Assembly (NCBI GenBank): GCA_029261035.1
Contig: JAJDCD010000010.1
Coordinates: 142,612-206,611 of the forward strand
DNA: 64,000 nt
Direction of reading: 5' to 3'
From: Candidatus Omnitrophota bacterium
GTDB taxonomy: Bacteria > Omnitrophota > Omnitrophia > Omnitrophales > JACROU01
Every line of letters starts with the position of its first letter. Within the stretch, counting starts at the first letter, position 1. The notes below the pieces were generated by a model. The model saw nothing but the letters and a program-made list of their open reading frames with translations. It did no database searches and had not been told where the DNA came from. A program made the translations under genes and the position numbers. Positions 1 to 11,100 of the stretch are shown one piece after another.

Positions 1-298
1 TTGCAATCAAAAGTTTTTTTACGACGGTTGCTTGTCCTGATGTTTGATAAGTGGAGAGTTCTTTTCCTAAAATGCTTTCCACAGCTGTTTTTAACTCTTC
101 TTCAGAACTTACCAACTTTACCCCACCCCCCTTACCTCTTCCACCTGCAAGAATCTGCGCTTTTACTACCAGGCTAAAAGTGCCTAAAGTCTTTGCTGCT
201 TCAAGAGCCTGCTCTAAAGATTCCACAGCAACTCCTTCTTGAACAGGAAGGCCTTCTTGACCCAAAATTTCCTTTGCTTGATACTCATGAATTTTCAT
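1..298 (-). CDS. sucC: Succinyl-CoA synthetase beta subunit, 5' part (continues past window start)
   Basis: Manual translation from ATG at 298: MKIHEYQAKEIL...VVKAQILAGGRGKGGGVK, the SucC signature. Upstream GGAG SD. Not in the ORF track because it runs off the edge. Confidence 0.95.
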   Translation of the reverse strand, partial: MKIHEYQAKEILGQEGLPVQEGVAVESLEQALEAAKTLGTFSLVVKAQILAGGRGKGGGVKLVSSEEELKTAVESILGKELSTYQTSGQATVVKKLLIA

Positions 299-313
299 TT
301 TATTTCTCCATAT

Positions 314-856
314 CTATGAATTAAATGTTCTGAATTTTCCTTGGCGATGCGCTTCTGCAAGAGCCGCGTATTTCTCTGCCCAATAACGGTTTCGAGCTAA
401 CTCTTCCGAGGTAAGCATTCGAACCTTTCTTGCAGGCCGTCCAACATAAACAGCTCCAGGCTCCAACTCTTTACCTTCTGTAATTAAACTTCCAGCACCA
501 ATAATCGTGCCTTTTCCAATATGAGCTCGATTCATAACGACAGTACCCATACCCACAAGAACATCATCTTCGACGGTACATGCATGCAAAATAACTCGAT
601 GCCCTACGGTAACATAATTTCCAACCACACAGGCTGTTTCGTTTTCAACATGGCAAACAGACAAATCTTGAATATTAGAATACTTTCCAACAACAATTTT
701 ATTGATATCCGCTCTAAGAACGCTTCCGGGCCATATACTAGAATTTTCCCCAAGCTGTACTCGTCCTGAAACCACAGCGGATGGTGCTACATATGCTAAT
801 GGATGTACTTGGGGTTCGAAAACTTGCTCTGAATTTTGTTCGGGCCAAAACGTCAT
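314..856 (-). CDS. Gamma-class carbonic anhydrase family (YrdA/CaiE-like) hexapeptide protein
   Basis: LRADINKI, SNIQD..CH, VTVGH..ILHAC metal-ligand motifs and hexapeptide repeats. Confidence 0.9.
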   Translation of the reverse strand: MTFWPEQNSEQVFEPQVHPLAYVAPSAVVSGRVQLGENSSIWPGSVLRADINKIVVGKYSNIQDLSVCHVENETACVVGNYVTVGHRVILHACTVEDDVLVGMGTVVMNRAHIGKGTIIGAGSLITEGKELEPGAVYVGRPARKVRMLTSEELARNRYWAEKYAALAEAHRQGKFRTFNS

Positions 857-859
857 TAT

Positions 860-1618
860 TTACTCTTTCAAAAATCCGAAAAGTTCTTTTGTGATATCTC
901 GATTCATTTCTGCGATAGATTGTGTGAGAGGAATATTTTGAGGGCATACCTGAACACAATTTTGAGCATTACCACAATCTTGAGCTCCTCCAGAAACCAT
1001 CAAAGATCGGGTTCTCTCTGAAGCATTTCTTTTTCCCGTAGGATGCGCATTAAATAAAACTGCTTGGCTGATAGCTGCAGGACCAATAAATGCAGATTGA
1101 GGGTTATATTGAGGGCATGCTTCTAAACAACATCCACAAGTCATACACTTAGATAATTCATAGCGATACTGAGCTTCTTTAGGAGACATACGAGGCCCTG
1201 GGCCTAAATCATAAGTCCCATCAACAGGCACCCAAGCTTTTACCTTCTTTAAGCTTTCAAACATAGAAGACCGGTTCACAACCAAATCACGAACCAAAGG
1301 AAATTTACTCATTGGCTCAATGCGAAGGGGATGCTCTAACTTATCTACCAACGCGGTACAGCTTTGACGCACTCTTCCATTAATCACCATCGTACAAGCG
1401 CCACACACTTCTTCCAAACAATTCTGCTCCCAACAAACTGGAGTCGTCTTCATTCCTTCTTTCGTTTGAGGTTTTTTCCTAATCTCCATCAAACAGCTAA
1501 TCACATTCATTCCTGGCCGATATTTCAAGCTAAACGTTTCCCAGCGAGCAGGACTGTTAGGCCCTTCTTGACGTTTTATTTTAATTTCAATATCTTCACG
1601 CTTAATCGTCTGGTTCAC
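860..1618 (-). CDS. sdhB: Succinate dehydrogenase iron-sulfur subunit
   Basis: CLEEVCGAC, CMTCGCCLEACP and CGNAQNCVQVCP clusters. Start revised to GTG at 1618 (AAAGGA SD); the track's upstream extension translates a repeat. Confidence 0.96.
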   Translation of the reverse strand: MNQTIKREDIEIKIKRQEGPNSPARWETFSLKYRPGMNVISCLMEIRKKPQTKEGMKTTPVCWEQNCLEEVCGACTMVINGRVRQSCTALVDKLEHPLRIEPMSKFPLVRDLVVNRSSMFESLKKVKAWVPVDGTYDLGPGPRMSPKEAQYRYELSKCMTCGCCLEACPQYNPQSAFIGPAAISQAVLFNAHPTGKRNASERTRSLMVSGGAQDCGNAQNCVQVCPQNIPLTQSIAEMNRDITKELFGFLKE

Positions 1619-1630
1619 TTTATTCCTTTG

Positions 1631-1705
1631 TCTATTAGCGTTTAGCGTAGAGCGTAGAGCGGATAGAATCACCCACTCACCTTACCTTCTCCCGATCGGG
1701 GAGAG
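1631..1705. repeat. Heptamer tandem (AGCGTAG/AGCGTTT) plus CTCCC..GGGAG hairpin composite repeat
   Basis: TCTATTAGCGTTTAGCGTAGAGCGTAGAGCGGATAG; related copies at ~4159-4195, ~50007-50065, ~58813-58930, hairpin only at ~43312-43348. Confidence 0.75.
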
Positions 1706-1748
1706 AAAAAAACAAAGGCTCACTCTTCACTAAATACGCGTAGCGTAT

Positions 1749-3494
1749 TTAGTACTTTCTCTCTTTAGGTTTAACCAAAGAGGTGTCTACTTCTTCATAA
1801 GTAATCACAGGCCCTTCAGGCGTATAAGAAGCAAGGGTCGTTTTTAAAAAATTCTTATCATCTCTTTTTGGAAACTCGGGTTTATAATGAGACCCTCTGC
1901 TTTCATTTCTTAACAAAGCTCCTTTGACAATAGCCTGCGCTATCGAGATCATATTTCCCAGTTGACGCGTAAATTGAAGAGGCTGATTCATCCACTCCGA
2001 AACATCGCTGACATTAACTTGTTTATAACGCTCTTGTAGCTCTTTTAATTTTTGTTCTGTTTTTTCTAAATCTTTATTATTCCTAACAACCGTAACATTC
2101 TTAGTCATCCAATCTGCCATTTCTTCCCAAATCACATATGGATTTTCTTTACCTCTTAATGTAAGTAGTCTTTCATTCGCATCCTGCTCTTTCTTAACTT
2201 GTTGTCCTGCCAACTTAGAAACCTCAGCATCCACATCGCCCTCAAGGCCACTCAAGTATTCTCCAGCTGTCTTAGCAGAAACTTCACCTCCATAAAAACA
2301 AGATAAAAGAGAATTCGCTCCCAATCGATTCGCTCCATGATATTGATAATCACATTCCCCAGCAGCTAAAAGCCCTTGCACATTCGTCATGTGATTCTGG
2401 TCAATATAAATCCCCCCCATCGAATAATGAACCGAAGGGAAAATTTTCATCGGAACTTTTGTTGGATCTTCCCCAACAAATTTTTCATAAATATGCAAGA
2501 TTCCACCTAAACGCTCCATGAGAAAATCGTGCGGTAAATGAGAGACATCTAAATAAACCTGATCCTCTCCATCAATCCCCAAATTCATTTCTCGGCAAAC
2601 TTTAAAAATAGCTCGTGTCGCAATATCTCGAGGAACCAAATTTCCATAATCGGGATACATCTCTTCTAAAAAGTACCAGCGCTCTCCATTTTTATAGGTC
2701 CAAACACGTCCCCCATCCCCTCTTGCAGATTCGGACATCAACCTATTTTTATCTTTACCAGGAATGGCTGTTGGATGCACCTGAATAAACTCTCCGTTAG
2801 CATAATGAACACCTTGTTGATATACAGCCCCTGCAGCACTACCCGTACAAGCAACAGAGTTCGTGCTACGACCATAAATAAGTCCACAACCCCCCGTAGC
2901 AAGAATCACTGCCCCTGATTTGAATGCCTGGACTTCCATATTATTCAAGTTCATTGCTACTATGCCGCGACACACTTGTTTGTCATCCATGATTGTGGAT
3001 AAAAATTCCCAACCTTCAAATTTTCGAACCTTTCCTTCAACTTCAAATCGACGAACTTGTTCGTCCAATGCATAAAGTAACTGCTGTCCTGTTGTCGCTC
3101 CAGAAAAAGCGGTTCGATGAAATTTAGTTCCTCCAAAACGACGAAAATCTAAAAGCCCTTCTGGAGTTCTGTTAAATGGAACGCCCATCCGATCCAGCAT
3201 ATCAATATAATGAGGTGCTTTCTCACACATTCCTTTAACCAAAGCCTGGTTGGCTAAATAATCTCCACCATAAAGTGTTTCTTCAAAATGAATTTGAGGA
3301 GAATCCCCTTCACCCTTTGTATTGACCGCTGCATTCATTCCACCTTGAGCACAAGCAGAATGAGAACGCTTTACCGGTACAATAGAAAATAAATCTACGT
3401 GATAACCGGCCTCCGCCAGCTTGATCACAGCCATTAAACCTGCAAGGCCTCCGCCAACAACAATTACTTTTTTCTTCAAACTAACTTCTGCCAT
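1749..3494 (-). CDS. sdhA: Succinate dehydrogenase flavoprotein subunit
   Basis: GGGLAG FAD motif, RSHSACAQGG, HGANRLGANSLL, ESRGSH. Confidence 0.97.
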   Translation of the reverse strand: MAEVSLKKKVIVVGGGLAGLMAVIKLAEAGYHVDLFSIVPVKRSHSACAQGGMNAAVNTKGEGDSPQIHFEETLYGGDYLANQALVKGMCEKAPHYIDMLDRMGVPFNRTPEGLLDFRRFGGTKFHRTAFSGATTGQQLLYALDEQVRRFEVEGKVRKFEGWEFLSTIMDDKQVCRGIVAMNLNNMEVQAFKSGAVILATGGCGLIYGRSTNSVACTGSAAGAVYQQGVHYANGEFIQVHPTAIPGKDKNRLMSESARGDGGRVWTYKNGERWYFLEEMYPDYGNLVPRDIATRAIFKVCREMNLGIDGEDQVYLDVSHLPHDFLMERLGGILHIYEKFVGEDPTKVPMKIFPSVHYSMGGIYIDQNHMTNVQGLLAAGECDYQYHGANRLGANSLLSCFYGGEVSAKTAGEYLSGLEGDVDAEVSKLAGQQVKKEQDANERLLTLRGKENPYVIWEEMADWMTKNVTVVRNNKDLEKTEQKLKELQERYKQVNVSDVSEWMNQPLQFTRQLGNMISIAQAIVKGALLRNESRGSHYKPEFPKRDDKNFLKTTLASYTPEGPVITYEEVDTSLVKPKERKY

Positions 3495-3511
3495 TTTCTC
3501 TAATTCCTTTT

Positions 3512-4147
3512 TTAACCTCTAACAACAATAATTGATTGTAACGCCATAGCAAACAAAGCAAAACCAATCACACTAAAAATAATTCCTGAAATTCGCTGTG
3601 ATTTTTTCCCAATTGTAATTCCCCATGTAATACAGAATAACCAAAGCCCATTCGCAAAATGAAACATGGTTGCAACGAGACCCACAACATAAAACGAAAA
3701 AATCCATGGAACTCTCATAGACCTTCTCACCGCTTCGTAATTAACTTCAAAATGAAATACTTCACTCGCAATTCGGAAATCCCAAATATGATATGCGATA
3801 AAAGCAAGAGCAATAAGCCCAGAAACACGCTGAAGAAAATAAAACCAGTTTTTAGCATAACCATAGCTCTTCAAATTTAAAGAGCTGGTATAGCAAATAT
3901 AAATCCCATAGACTGCGTGCAAAAAGATAGGTAGTCCAATAAAGGTAATCTCGATAGGAATTAAGTAAGGAAGACTGCGAAGCAGATTAATAACACCATT
4001 GTAAGCTTCAGGACCTTTAAGGATAAATGCGTTAGCAATCATATGCTCTACAAGAAAAATAGAGACTGGAAACACCCCTAAAAGAGAGTGTATGCGTCGT
4101 AAGTAAAAATGTTTAACATCTATTTTTTCTGCAACAGATTCAGACAT
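3512..4147 (-). CDS. sdhC: Succinate dehydrogenase cytochrome b558 subunit (Bacillus-type)
   Basis: RRIHSLLG, five TM helices, His ligands, HFANGLW..WG; directly upstream of sdhA. Confidence 0.93.
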   Translation of the reverse strand: MSESVAEKIDVKHFYLRRIHSLLGVFPVSIFLVEHMIANAFILKGPEAYNGVINLLRSLPYLIPIEITFIGLPIFLHAVYGIYICYTSSLNLKSYGYAKNWFYFLQRVSGLIALAFIAYHIWDFRIASEVFHFEVNYEAVRRSMRVPWIFSFYVVGLVATMFHFANGLWLFCITWGITIGKKSQRISGIIFSVIGFALFAMALQSIIVVRG

Positions 4148-4231
4148 GAGGTCCTTTGTCTATTAGCGGATAGCGTTTAGCGTAGAGCGGATAGGAAAAC
4201 ACTATTCCTTTGTCATAAAAATACAAGAAAA

Positions 4232-4338
4232 TGTCATTGCGAGGTGTCATTCAAGGAGCCGTGGCAATCTCGGATGATGATTGTCACCATTACCCCTGAG
4301 ATTGCCGCAGCTCTTTTGTCACACACTTCGCAATGACA
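4232..4338. repeat. REP/REPIN-like ~105-bp palindromic element (GTCATTGCGAG family)
   Basis: GTCATTGCGAG..GCCGTGGCAATCTC..GAGATTGCCGC..TCGCAATGAC. Confidence 0.85.
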
Positions 4339-4346
4339 AGCACTTC

Positions 4347-5300
4347 TTAAGCGAGAACAGCTATGAGTTCTTTTACATGCGATGCTGAAGTTTGAAGAGC
4401 TTCTAATGAGTTCGGCTCCAACTTCAACTCAATCACTTCTTTCACGCCTGAACGATCCAACCGTACAGGAACACCACAATACAAATCTTTAATACCATAA
4501 GCATCTTTGACCAAAGCACAACAAGGAAGAATTCGACCGGAGTCATTTAAAATAGCTTCGACCATGGCAACAGCAGAAGCGGAAGGAGCATAATAAGCAC
4601 TTCCTGTTTTTAAATAATTAACAATCTCAATACCACCGTTACGAGTACGATCATTTATTTCTTCTATTTTTTCTGCTGGTAATAATTGAGTAATTGGAAT
4701 TCCATTCACAGTAGAGTATTCTGGCACAGGCACCATTGAATCCCCATGCCCACCGAGCACCATAGCACAAACATCTTTAGGAGATACCCCAAGTTCCATC
4801 GCAATAAAAGAAGCATAACGTGAGGAATCCAAAACACCCGCCATTCCCACGACACGAGAAGCCTCAAAACCAGAACGTTGCCATGCAATATACGTCATCA
4901 CATCCAGTGGATTACTAACCACAACAAGAATGCTCTTCGGAGAAGTCTTTACTACTTCAGAAACAACTCCACCCACAATATCCGCATTCTTCTTTAATAA
5001 ATCGTCACGACTCATTCCTGGCTTTCTCGCTAAACCTGCTGTAATCACCACAATATCGGAATCTTTAGTAAGCGCATAATCATTCGACCCTACGATCTTA
5101 GCATCAAAACCTTCAATGGGAGCAGACTCCATCATATCCAAAGCTTTTCCTTGAGGAACTCCATCAACAATATCCACTAGAACAACATCTGCTAAATCTT
5201 TTTCGACAATACGTTGAGCTGCTGTAGCGCCTACAAAGCCAGCGCCCACAACTGTAACTTTAGGTCTTTTACCTGTAATTTCTGGAAATGTTTTAATCAC
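4347..5300 (-). CDS. mdh: Malate dehydrogenase (LDH-like)
   Basis: [24 protein letters not shown]. Confidence 0.96.
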   Translation of the reverse strand: MIKTFPEITGKRPKVTVVGAGFVGATAAQRIVEKDLADVVLVDIVDGVPQGKALDMMESAPIEGFDAKIVGSNDYALTKDSDIVVITAGLARKPGMSRDDLLKKNADIVGGVVSEVVKTSPKSILVVVSNPLDVMTYIAWQRSGFEASRVVGMAGVLDSSRYASFIAMELGVSPKDVCAMVLGGHGDSMVPVPEYSTVNGIPITQLLPAEKIEEINDRTRNGGIEIVNYLKTGSAYYAPSASAVAMVEAILNDSGRILPCCALVKDAYGIKDLYCGVPVRLDRSGVKEVIELKLEPNSLEALQTSASHVKELIAVLA

Positions 5301-5443
5301 AATATATCCTTTACCTAATTAAAAGCTAAAAAGTCAAAAGTAAAAAACATAATTCAAAGCTCAAATCCAAATACTTATTTGGTCTTTAAATTTTTTAATT
5401 TTAAACTATAGCTTTTACTTTTTACTTTTAAATCTTTACTTCT

Positions 5444-6541
5444 TCAACCTTCTTGAACTTTTCTGGCAATGGCTTCTGCCATTTCTTGTGTTCCTACAAT
5501 TGTTGGGTCATTACGATCCTCTTTAAGATCGTAAGTCACTTCTTTTCCTTCACGAATAATATCTGCAACTGCTTTTTCTAAACGCGCCGCAGCTTCTGCT
5601 TCACCCATATATTCCAACATCAATTTTCCTGAAAGAATCAAAGCCGTTGGATTTACTTTATTTAAACCTTTATATTTTGGAGCAGAACCATGAGTTGCTT
5701 CAAAAATAGCGCCAAACTCTCCAATATTACCTCCAGGAGCAACTCCCAAACCACCCACCAAACCAGCGCAAAGATCCGAAAGGATATCTCCATAAAGATT
5801 AGGAAGTACAAGAACATCATATTCTTCAGGTTTCTGAACGAGTTGCATACACATGTTGTCTACAATACGTTCTTCAAATTCGATATCGTTATAATCTTTA
5901 GCAACTTGCTCTGCAACTTCCAAGAAAAGACCATCTGAAAATTTCATAATGTTTGCTTTATGAACCGCAGTCACCTTCTTACGCTTCATTTTTCGAGCTG
6001 TTTCAAAAGCAAATCGAACAATTCGTTCTGATCCGGAAACTGTAATGGGTTTAATACTAATGCCCGCGTCAGCTCCAATCTTTTTCCCATCATAGAGTGC
6101 TGCTATTTCATCAATCAGCTTAAGAGCTTCTTTGGTTCCCTTTTGGAACTCAATCCCTGCATATAAATCCTCGGTATTTTCACGCACAATCACTAAATCA
6201 ATATCATCATACCGACTGCTAACACCCTCATACGTTTTACAAGGACGAAGACAAGCGTATAAATCAAACTCTTTTCTCAACGCAACATTCACAGAGCGAA
6301 AACCTTTTCCTACAGGAGTTGTAATAGGTGCTTTAATCGCTAGCTTATTTTTCCTAATAGACGCTAATGTTTTCTCAGGAAGTGGCGTTCCCTCTGTTTC
6401 CATCACATCCACACCTGCTTCTTGTATATCCCAATTAATTTTAACGCCTGTTGCATCTAAACACTTTTTAGTGGCTTCTGCCAATTCTGGCCCTGTACCA
6501 TCCCCAGTAATCAATGTAATATCATATGTTTTGTCCGACAT
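5444..6541 (-). CDS. icd: Isocitrate/isopropylmalate dehydrogenase family, most likely isocitrate dehydrogenase
   Basis: [54 protein letters not shown]; TCA gene context. Confidence 0.88.
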   Translation of the reverse strand: MSDKTYDITLITGDGTGPELAEATKKCLDATGVKINWDIQEAGVDVMETEGTPLPEKTLASIRKNKLAIKAPITTPVGKGFRSVNVALRKEFDLYACLRPCKTYEGVSSRYDDIDLVIVRENTEDLYAGIEFQKGTKEALKLIDEIAALYDGKKIGADAGISIKPITVSGSERIVRFAFETARKMKRKKVTAVHKANIMKFSDGLFLEVAEQVAKDYNDIEFEERIVDNMCMQLVQKPEEYDVLVLPNLYGDILSDLCAGLVGGLGVAPGGNIGEFGAIFEATHGSAPKYKGLNKVNPTALILSGKLMLEYMGEAEAAARLEKAVADIIREGKEVTYDLKEDRNDPTIVGTQEMAEAIARKVQEG

Positions 6542-6747
6542 CTTAAGTCTCCTAATTCTATAAATTTAAAAGTTTAAAGTGAAAATTCAAAAGCATAATT
6601 CAAAATTTAAATACTCTTGTTGAAAAACCTATTTCTTTACTCTATAGATTCATCTAAAATAGTGAATTCAATCTTAAGTAAGCAGTCTATAAAGCTATTC
6701 ACACAGATCAAGACCTTTGATCTTATCAAAAGGAGAGTCCCCTTTCA

Positions 6748-7551
6748 ATGGTTTCTTCACAAAAAACCCTTTTAAATCAATGCAAAAAAACCATGGTGCA
6801 AGCCCTAAAATCCTCCGGGAAAATACTAAAGAAGAACCTAACCGTAAAAAAGCACATTAAGGACAAGGGAAACGCTGGAATCGATATCGTGACTCAAGTG
6901 GATCTTAAGTCAGAGAAGAACATTATCGGACTCATTTCAAAGGCATTTCCTAACCACGCCATTCTAGCAGAGGAATCCAAAGCACAAGACGGAGATGATT
7001 ATAAATGGATCATAGATCCCCTGGACGGCACTCTTAATTATTCCCATGGATTCCCTAACACAACCGTATCTATTGCTCTAGAGCATAAAGGAAAGATCCT
7101 TATGGGAGGCGTTTACGACCCATTCAGAGACGAGCTATTCTTTGCCCAAAAAGGAAATGGCTCTTTTCTAAATGGCAAAAAAATTCACGTATCTTCCACC
7201 CCCAAACTCAACCGCTCTCTTCTCTGCACAGGATTTCCCTACGACTTAAGGGTAGGCAACAACGCAAACAAATATCTGAAAATATTTAAGAAATTCCTAC
7301 TCTCATCTCAAGCAGTCCGAAGATGCGGATCCGCAGCAATGGATCTAAGTTACCTCGCCTGCGGACGCTTCGATGGTTTCTGGGAGCTCAAACTAAAACC
7401 GTGGGACACCGCAGCAGCAGTCCTCATCGTCCAAGAAGCCGGCGGAAAAGTCACAACCTACAGCGGCAAACCTTTTTCCATTTACCAAAACGAACTCCTA
7501 GCCTCAAACGGAAAAATCCACACAGAAATGAAAAAACACGTCCGCCCTTAA
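6748..7551 (+). CDS. suhB: Inositol monophosphatase family protein
   Basis: ILAEE, WIIDPLDGTLNY, TGFPYD, RRCGSAAMD, KPWDTAA. Confidence 0.92.
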   Translation: MVSSQKTLLNQCKKTMVQALKSSGKILKKNLTVKKHIKDKGNAGIDIVTQVDLKSEKNIIGLISKAFPNHAILAEESKAQDGDDYKWIIDPLDGTLNYSHGFPNTTVSIALEHKGKILMGGVYDPFRDELFFAQKGNGSFLNGKKIHVSSTPKLNRSLLCTGFPYDLRVGNNANKYLKIFKKFLLSSQAVRRCGSAAMDLSYLACGRFDGFWELKLKPWDTAAAVLIVQEAGGKVTTYSGKPFSIYQNELLASNGKIHTEMKKHVRP

Positions 7552-7711
7552 CCTCGACGCCCGATGCGAATCCTCCAAACTTTTTGGAGGATCCTAAATC
7601 CACTTTCACCCTTCATTTTGCAAATAACGCTTTTATCCCAATCAAACGTAAAATCGCCAACAACAAACAAGCGTTTCGTTATGAATAACATAATGAAACA
7701 CCCTAAACCAA

Positions 7712-7746
7712 GAAAGCCAGAGCTGCTCGATGCAGCTCTGGCTTTC
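7712..7746. terminator. 15-bp stem hairpin, candidate terminator between convergent genes
   Basis: GAAAGCCAGAGCTGC-TCGAT-GCAGCTCTGGCTTTC. Confidence 0.55.
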
Positions 7747-7781
7747 AACCCTCTAACACCCACCACCGTGGTTAACTTAAA

Positions 7782-7867
7782 GGAAAATGGAAAGGTCCCG
7801 CCGCGAGTTCACAAAAATCGCTTCACAATTTTTGTGCTGTCTGAGCGCCGGGACCTTTTCATTTTCC
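7782..7867. repeat. Long imperfect inverted repeat in the suhB/RND convergent intergenic region
   Basis: GGAAAATGGAAAGGTCCCG...CGGGACCTTTTCATTTTCC with inner CACAAAAAT/ATTTTTGTG arms. Confidence 0.7.
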
Positions 7868-7887
7868 AACAACCAAAAAATATATTC

Positions 7888-10800
7888 CTACTCCACTTCC
7901 ACCTTAACCACCTTCCGAAAAACCCCCTCAACCCCCAGCCGAATATCATCCAAAACCGTATAAATACAAGGAATAATAACCAACGTCAACCCCGTAGCAA
8001 AAAACAATCCCCACCCAATCGCAAGCGCCATAGGCTTAATAAAAGGATCCGACCCCCCAATACCGTAAGCCACAGGAGTCAAACCCAACACCGTTGTAAC
8101 CGAAGTCAAAATCACAGGCCGTATTCTCAAACGCCCTGCCTCAAAAATCGCACTGGCTCGCGACCAATTCGCTTTCCGACGTTTATTAATAAAATCCACA
8201 AGCACAATCGAATCATTCACCACCACACCACTCAAACCAATCAATCCCAAAAGGGCCATGAAACTTAAAGGCTGTCCATGAAGATAAAAAGCAAAAATAA
8301 CCCCCAAAATCCCAAAAGGAATAGCAACCATAACGACAAGCGGTTGAATAACCGAATTAAACATACATGCCAAAATAATATAAATAAGAAATAAAGCCAT
8401 CAACATCGCTTTAAAAAAGTTACCCAAGGCTTCTGACGTTTCTTCTTGCTCTCCTCCAAAACTAACAGCCACGTCTTGGTGTTGCAGCTCTATTTCTTTT
8501 TCATAAAATCGATCCATAATCGTTTTAATTTGAAGCGGAGTGATAACTTCTTCATCCACATTAGCTGTTACCTGAATCATCCGTTTACGATCAAAACGTT
8601 TAATTGCATGAATCCCAGGAACCTCCTCCATCCTAGCCACTTTCTTCAGTGCAATCAGCTTACCATTTTCATTAGGAACAAAAAATCGATCAAAACTATC
8701 TTTGGAACGTCGTTGTTTTTCAGGGTAACGCACAATCACATCAATCTCTTCATCTGTTTTTTGAATGGTTGTAGCCACACCTCCATCAATTGCATTACGA
8801 ATAGTAAAAGCAATGTCACGCACAGACAAAAAGTTCTTTTTTGCTTCCTCCGCGTTCACAATCACTCTAATTTCATTTTTCCCAACATCAAAGTCATCTC
8901 GAATGTCATAAACGCCTTTCATGGTAGAAAGTTGTGCTTTAAATTTTTCAGCAACTTCCTCCAAAACGTCAAACTGGTCTCCTCTCAAACGAATATTAAC
9001 AGGCTTGCCCACAGGAGGTCCGGCTCTCACTTTTTCGAAAGTAATTTCTTCAAAAATCCCTTTGGACGCTTCTTCTCGCCCCTCTTTCTTTATGATGAGC
9101 GGCTCAAATTTTTCACGGAACTCCTCAATAATCATATCCGCAGTACGTGTACGATCTTTCTCAGGAGTTAAATAAATCCATATCTGGCCAATATGAGTTC
9201 CTCGGTTGGCATAGGGGTCTGAAGGTTCATCCTGTGTCAATCCAACCTGGGTAATAAAATTGTCTAGCTCTCCCTTAGGTAGCTGGGATACAATTTTTTC
9301 AAGAGAAGCAAAGCGCCTTTCGTTCTCCTCCAAAGAAGTCCCAATAGGTGCTTTAACTCGAATAAAAAATTGTTCAATCAATCCTTGAGGAAACAAAATA
9401 AATCTCATTTGAGTTTGAAATAGAATAATTCCTGCAATAAAAATCATCACAACAAGACTCAGAGCTTTATATCGATGATGCACAACCCAACGTAGTAACA
9501 TTAGATAAAATATTCTAAAATTTTGAAAACCCTTTTCAAACCAACCTTTTGACTTCGCTTTTCGATCATGAGTTTTAGATTTACGCGCGAAATCGGCTAA
9601 ATGGCTGGGTAATACAAATATCGCTTCTAACAAAGAGGAGGATAGAGCGGCTATCACGACTAAGGGGATTTCAAAACAAAATTTTCCCATCATTCCTGTC
9701 ATAAAAAAAATCGGCGTAAAAGCAGCAATCGTCGTTAGCACCGTACACAAAACAGGAGTCGCGACCTCACTCGCTCCACGAATAGCCGCTTCCTTTGGAG
9801 AGTAACCTTGCTGAACATACCGATACACATTCTCTGCAATGACAATAGAATCATCCACGATAATCCCCATCACCATAATAAGGGTAAACATGGTAATCAA
9901 ATTAATACTCAAACCCAAACCACTCATCGCCAAAAAAGTAAATCCAACAGCAAGAGGAATACCCACTGCCGTAACACCCGCTACAGATCTGCTTAAGAAA
10001 AATAAAAGAGAAATAAGAACCAATACGATACCAATAGCTCCATTATTCACAAGCACATTCAAACGACGCTTTACGTAATAAGAAAGATCATCAAAATAAG
10101 AAATCTCAATACCTTCAGGCGCAACCTTTTGAAACTCTTCCGATTGTATTTTTACTTTATTCACAACATCGATAATATCAGCTGATTCTTTTTTAATCAC
10201 CGTAAGCGTAATTGTTTTTTTACCTCGGGTCTTTTCTATCAAATTATCATCTTCAAAGGTGTCTCGAATTTCAGCAACATCCTCCACTCGAATCCAATTA
10301 CCAACATCATTCGCACGAATAATCACTTTATTAATTTCTTCAGGAGTTTCAAACTCACCCACAGTCCGAACCAGAAACTCTCCTTCTGTACTTGTGTCTA
10401 GATTACCTCCTGGCAAATTTAAATTTCGTGTTTTTAAAGCAGAAATAACCTCCTCTAAAGACAGACGATATTCATCCACAAGCTGAGGATTCACCTCCAC
10501 CCAGATCTCACGATCTCTCCATCCAATTCGAGACACCTTTGCAACGTCCGGAATATCGAGTAAGCGTGTTTCAAGCCCCTTCGCTATTTTTTGTAATTCC
10601 TTCTCTTCAAAATCTCCTGAAACAGAAACATTAATCACTGGGAAATTTTTAGATTCCAGTTCTGTGACAATGGGGTCATCCTCTAAATCATCCGGCAGAT
10701 CTTTAACACGGTCCACCGCTCTTTGAATATCATTTACTACTTTCCACTTATCTTTTTTGTCTGGATCTAATTTAATAACAAGAAGAGAAATGTTTTCGGT

Positions 10801-11058
10801 CGAAACAGAGGTAAGTTCATCAATTCCATCAATCTCTTTAACTTCATCCTCGATTTTAATGGAAATCAATTTTTCAATTTCTTGAGCAGGCGCTCCAAAG
10901 TAATCCGTACGGACCGTTACTAAATCATAGGATATATTAGGAAATGCTTCACGAGACATATTCGCTAAGGCAAACAAACCGGCCACAATCAAAAACACAG
11001 ACAGCAAGTTCACAAACAAAGAGTTGTTTACTGAGAATGTAATCAGGCGTTTCATCAT
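7888..11058 (-). CDS. RND family (AcrB/AcrD/AcrF-like) efflux transporter permease
   Basis: 1056 aa; GIIVDDSIVIAENV, GVVVNDSIVLV, RIRPVILTSVTT. Confidence 0.95.
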   Translation of the reverse strand: MMKRLITFSVNNSLFVNLLSVFLIVAGLFALANMSREAFPNISYDLVTVRTDYFGAPAQEIEKLISIKIEDEVKEIDGIDELTSVSTENISLLVIKLDPDKKDKWKVVNDIQRAVDRVKDLPDDLEDDPIVTELESKNFPVINVSVSGDFEEKELQKIAKGLETRLLDIPDVAKVSRIGWRDREIWVEVNPQLVDEYRLSLEEVISALKTRNLNLPGGNLDTSTEGEFLVRTVGEFETPEEINKVIIRANDVGNWIRVEDVAEIRDTFEDDNLIEKTRGKKTITLTVIKKESADIIDVVNKVKIQSEEFQKVAPEGIEISYFDDLSYYVKRRLNVLVNNGAIGIVLVLISLLFFLSRSVAGVTAVGIPLAVGFTFLAMSGLGLSINLITMFTLIMVMGIIVDDSIVIAENVYRYVQQGYSPKEAAIRGASEVATPVLCTVLTTIAAFTPIFFMTGMMGKFCFEIPLVVIAALSSSLLEAIFVLPSHLADFARKSKTHDRKAKSKGWFEKGFQNFRIFYLMLLRWVVHHRYKALSLVVMIFIAGIILFQTQMRFILFPQGLIEQFFIRVKAPIGTSLEENERRFASLEKIVSQLPKGELDNFITQVGLTQDEPSDPYANRGTHIGQIWIYLTPEKDRTRTADMIIEEFREKFEPLIIKKEGREEASKGIFEEITFEKVRAGPPVGKPVNIRLRGDQFDVLEEVAEKFKAQLSTMKGVYDIRDDFDVGKNEIRVIVNAEEAKKNFLSVRDIAFTIRNAIDGGVATTIQKTDEEIDVIVRYPEKQRRSKDSFDRFFVPNENGKLIALKKVARMEEVPGIHAIKRFDRKRMIQVTANVDEEVITPLQIKTIMDRFYEKEIELQHQDVAVSFGGEQEETSEALGNFFKAMLMALFLIYIILACMFNSVIQPLVVMVAIPFGILGVIFAFYLHGQPLSFMALLGLIGLSGVVVNDSIVLVDFINKRRKANWSRASAIFEAGRLRIRPVILTSVTTVLGLTPVAYGIGGSDPFIKPMALAIGWGLFFATGLTLVIIPCIYTVLDDIRLGVEGVFRKVVKVEVE

Positions 11059-11100
11059 AACTTTTTCCTTTGTCGGCCAAAATTTAATAACGGGTCAAAT

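Noticed and set aside
1619-1672. N-terminal extensions in the ORF track (sdhB; also marR, rnhA, ychF, mutL, fabF, moeB and the desulfurase at 50079)
   Set aside because: They mostly translate intergenic repeats, terminators or spacer DNA; better starts lie downstream at the family-typical N-terminus.
7564-8268. 234-aa plus-strand ORF
   Set aside because: Overlaps the RND gene antisense; its N/P/K/H/Q-rich composition reflects local A/C skew; no family motif.
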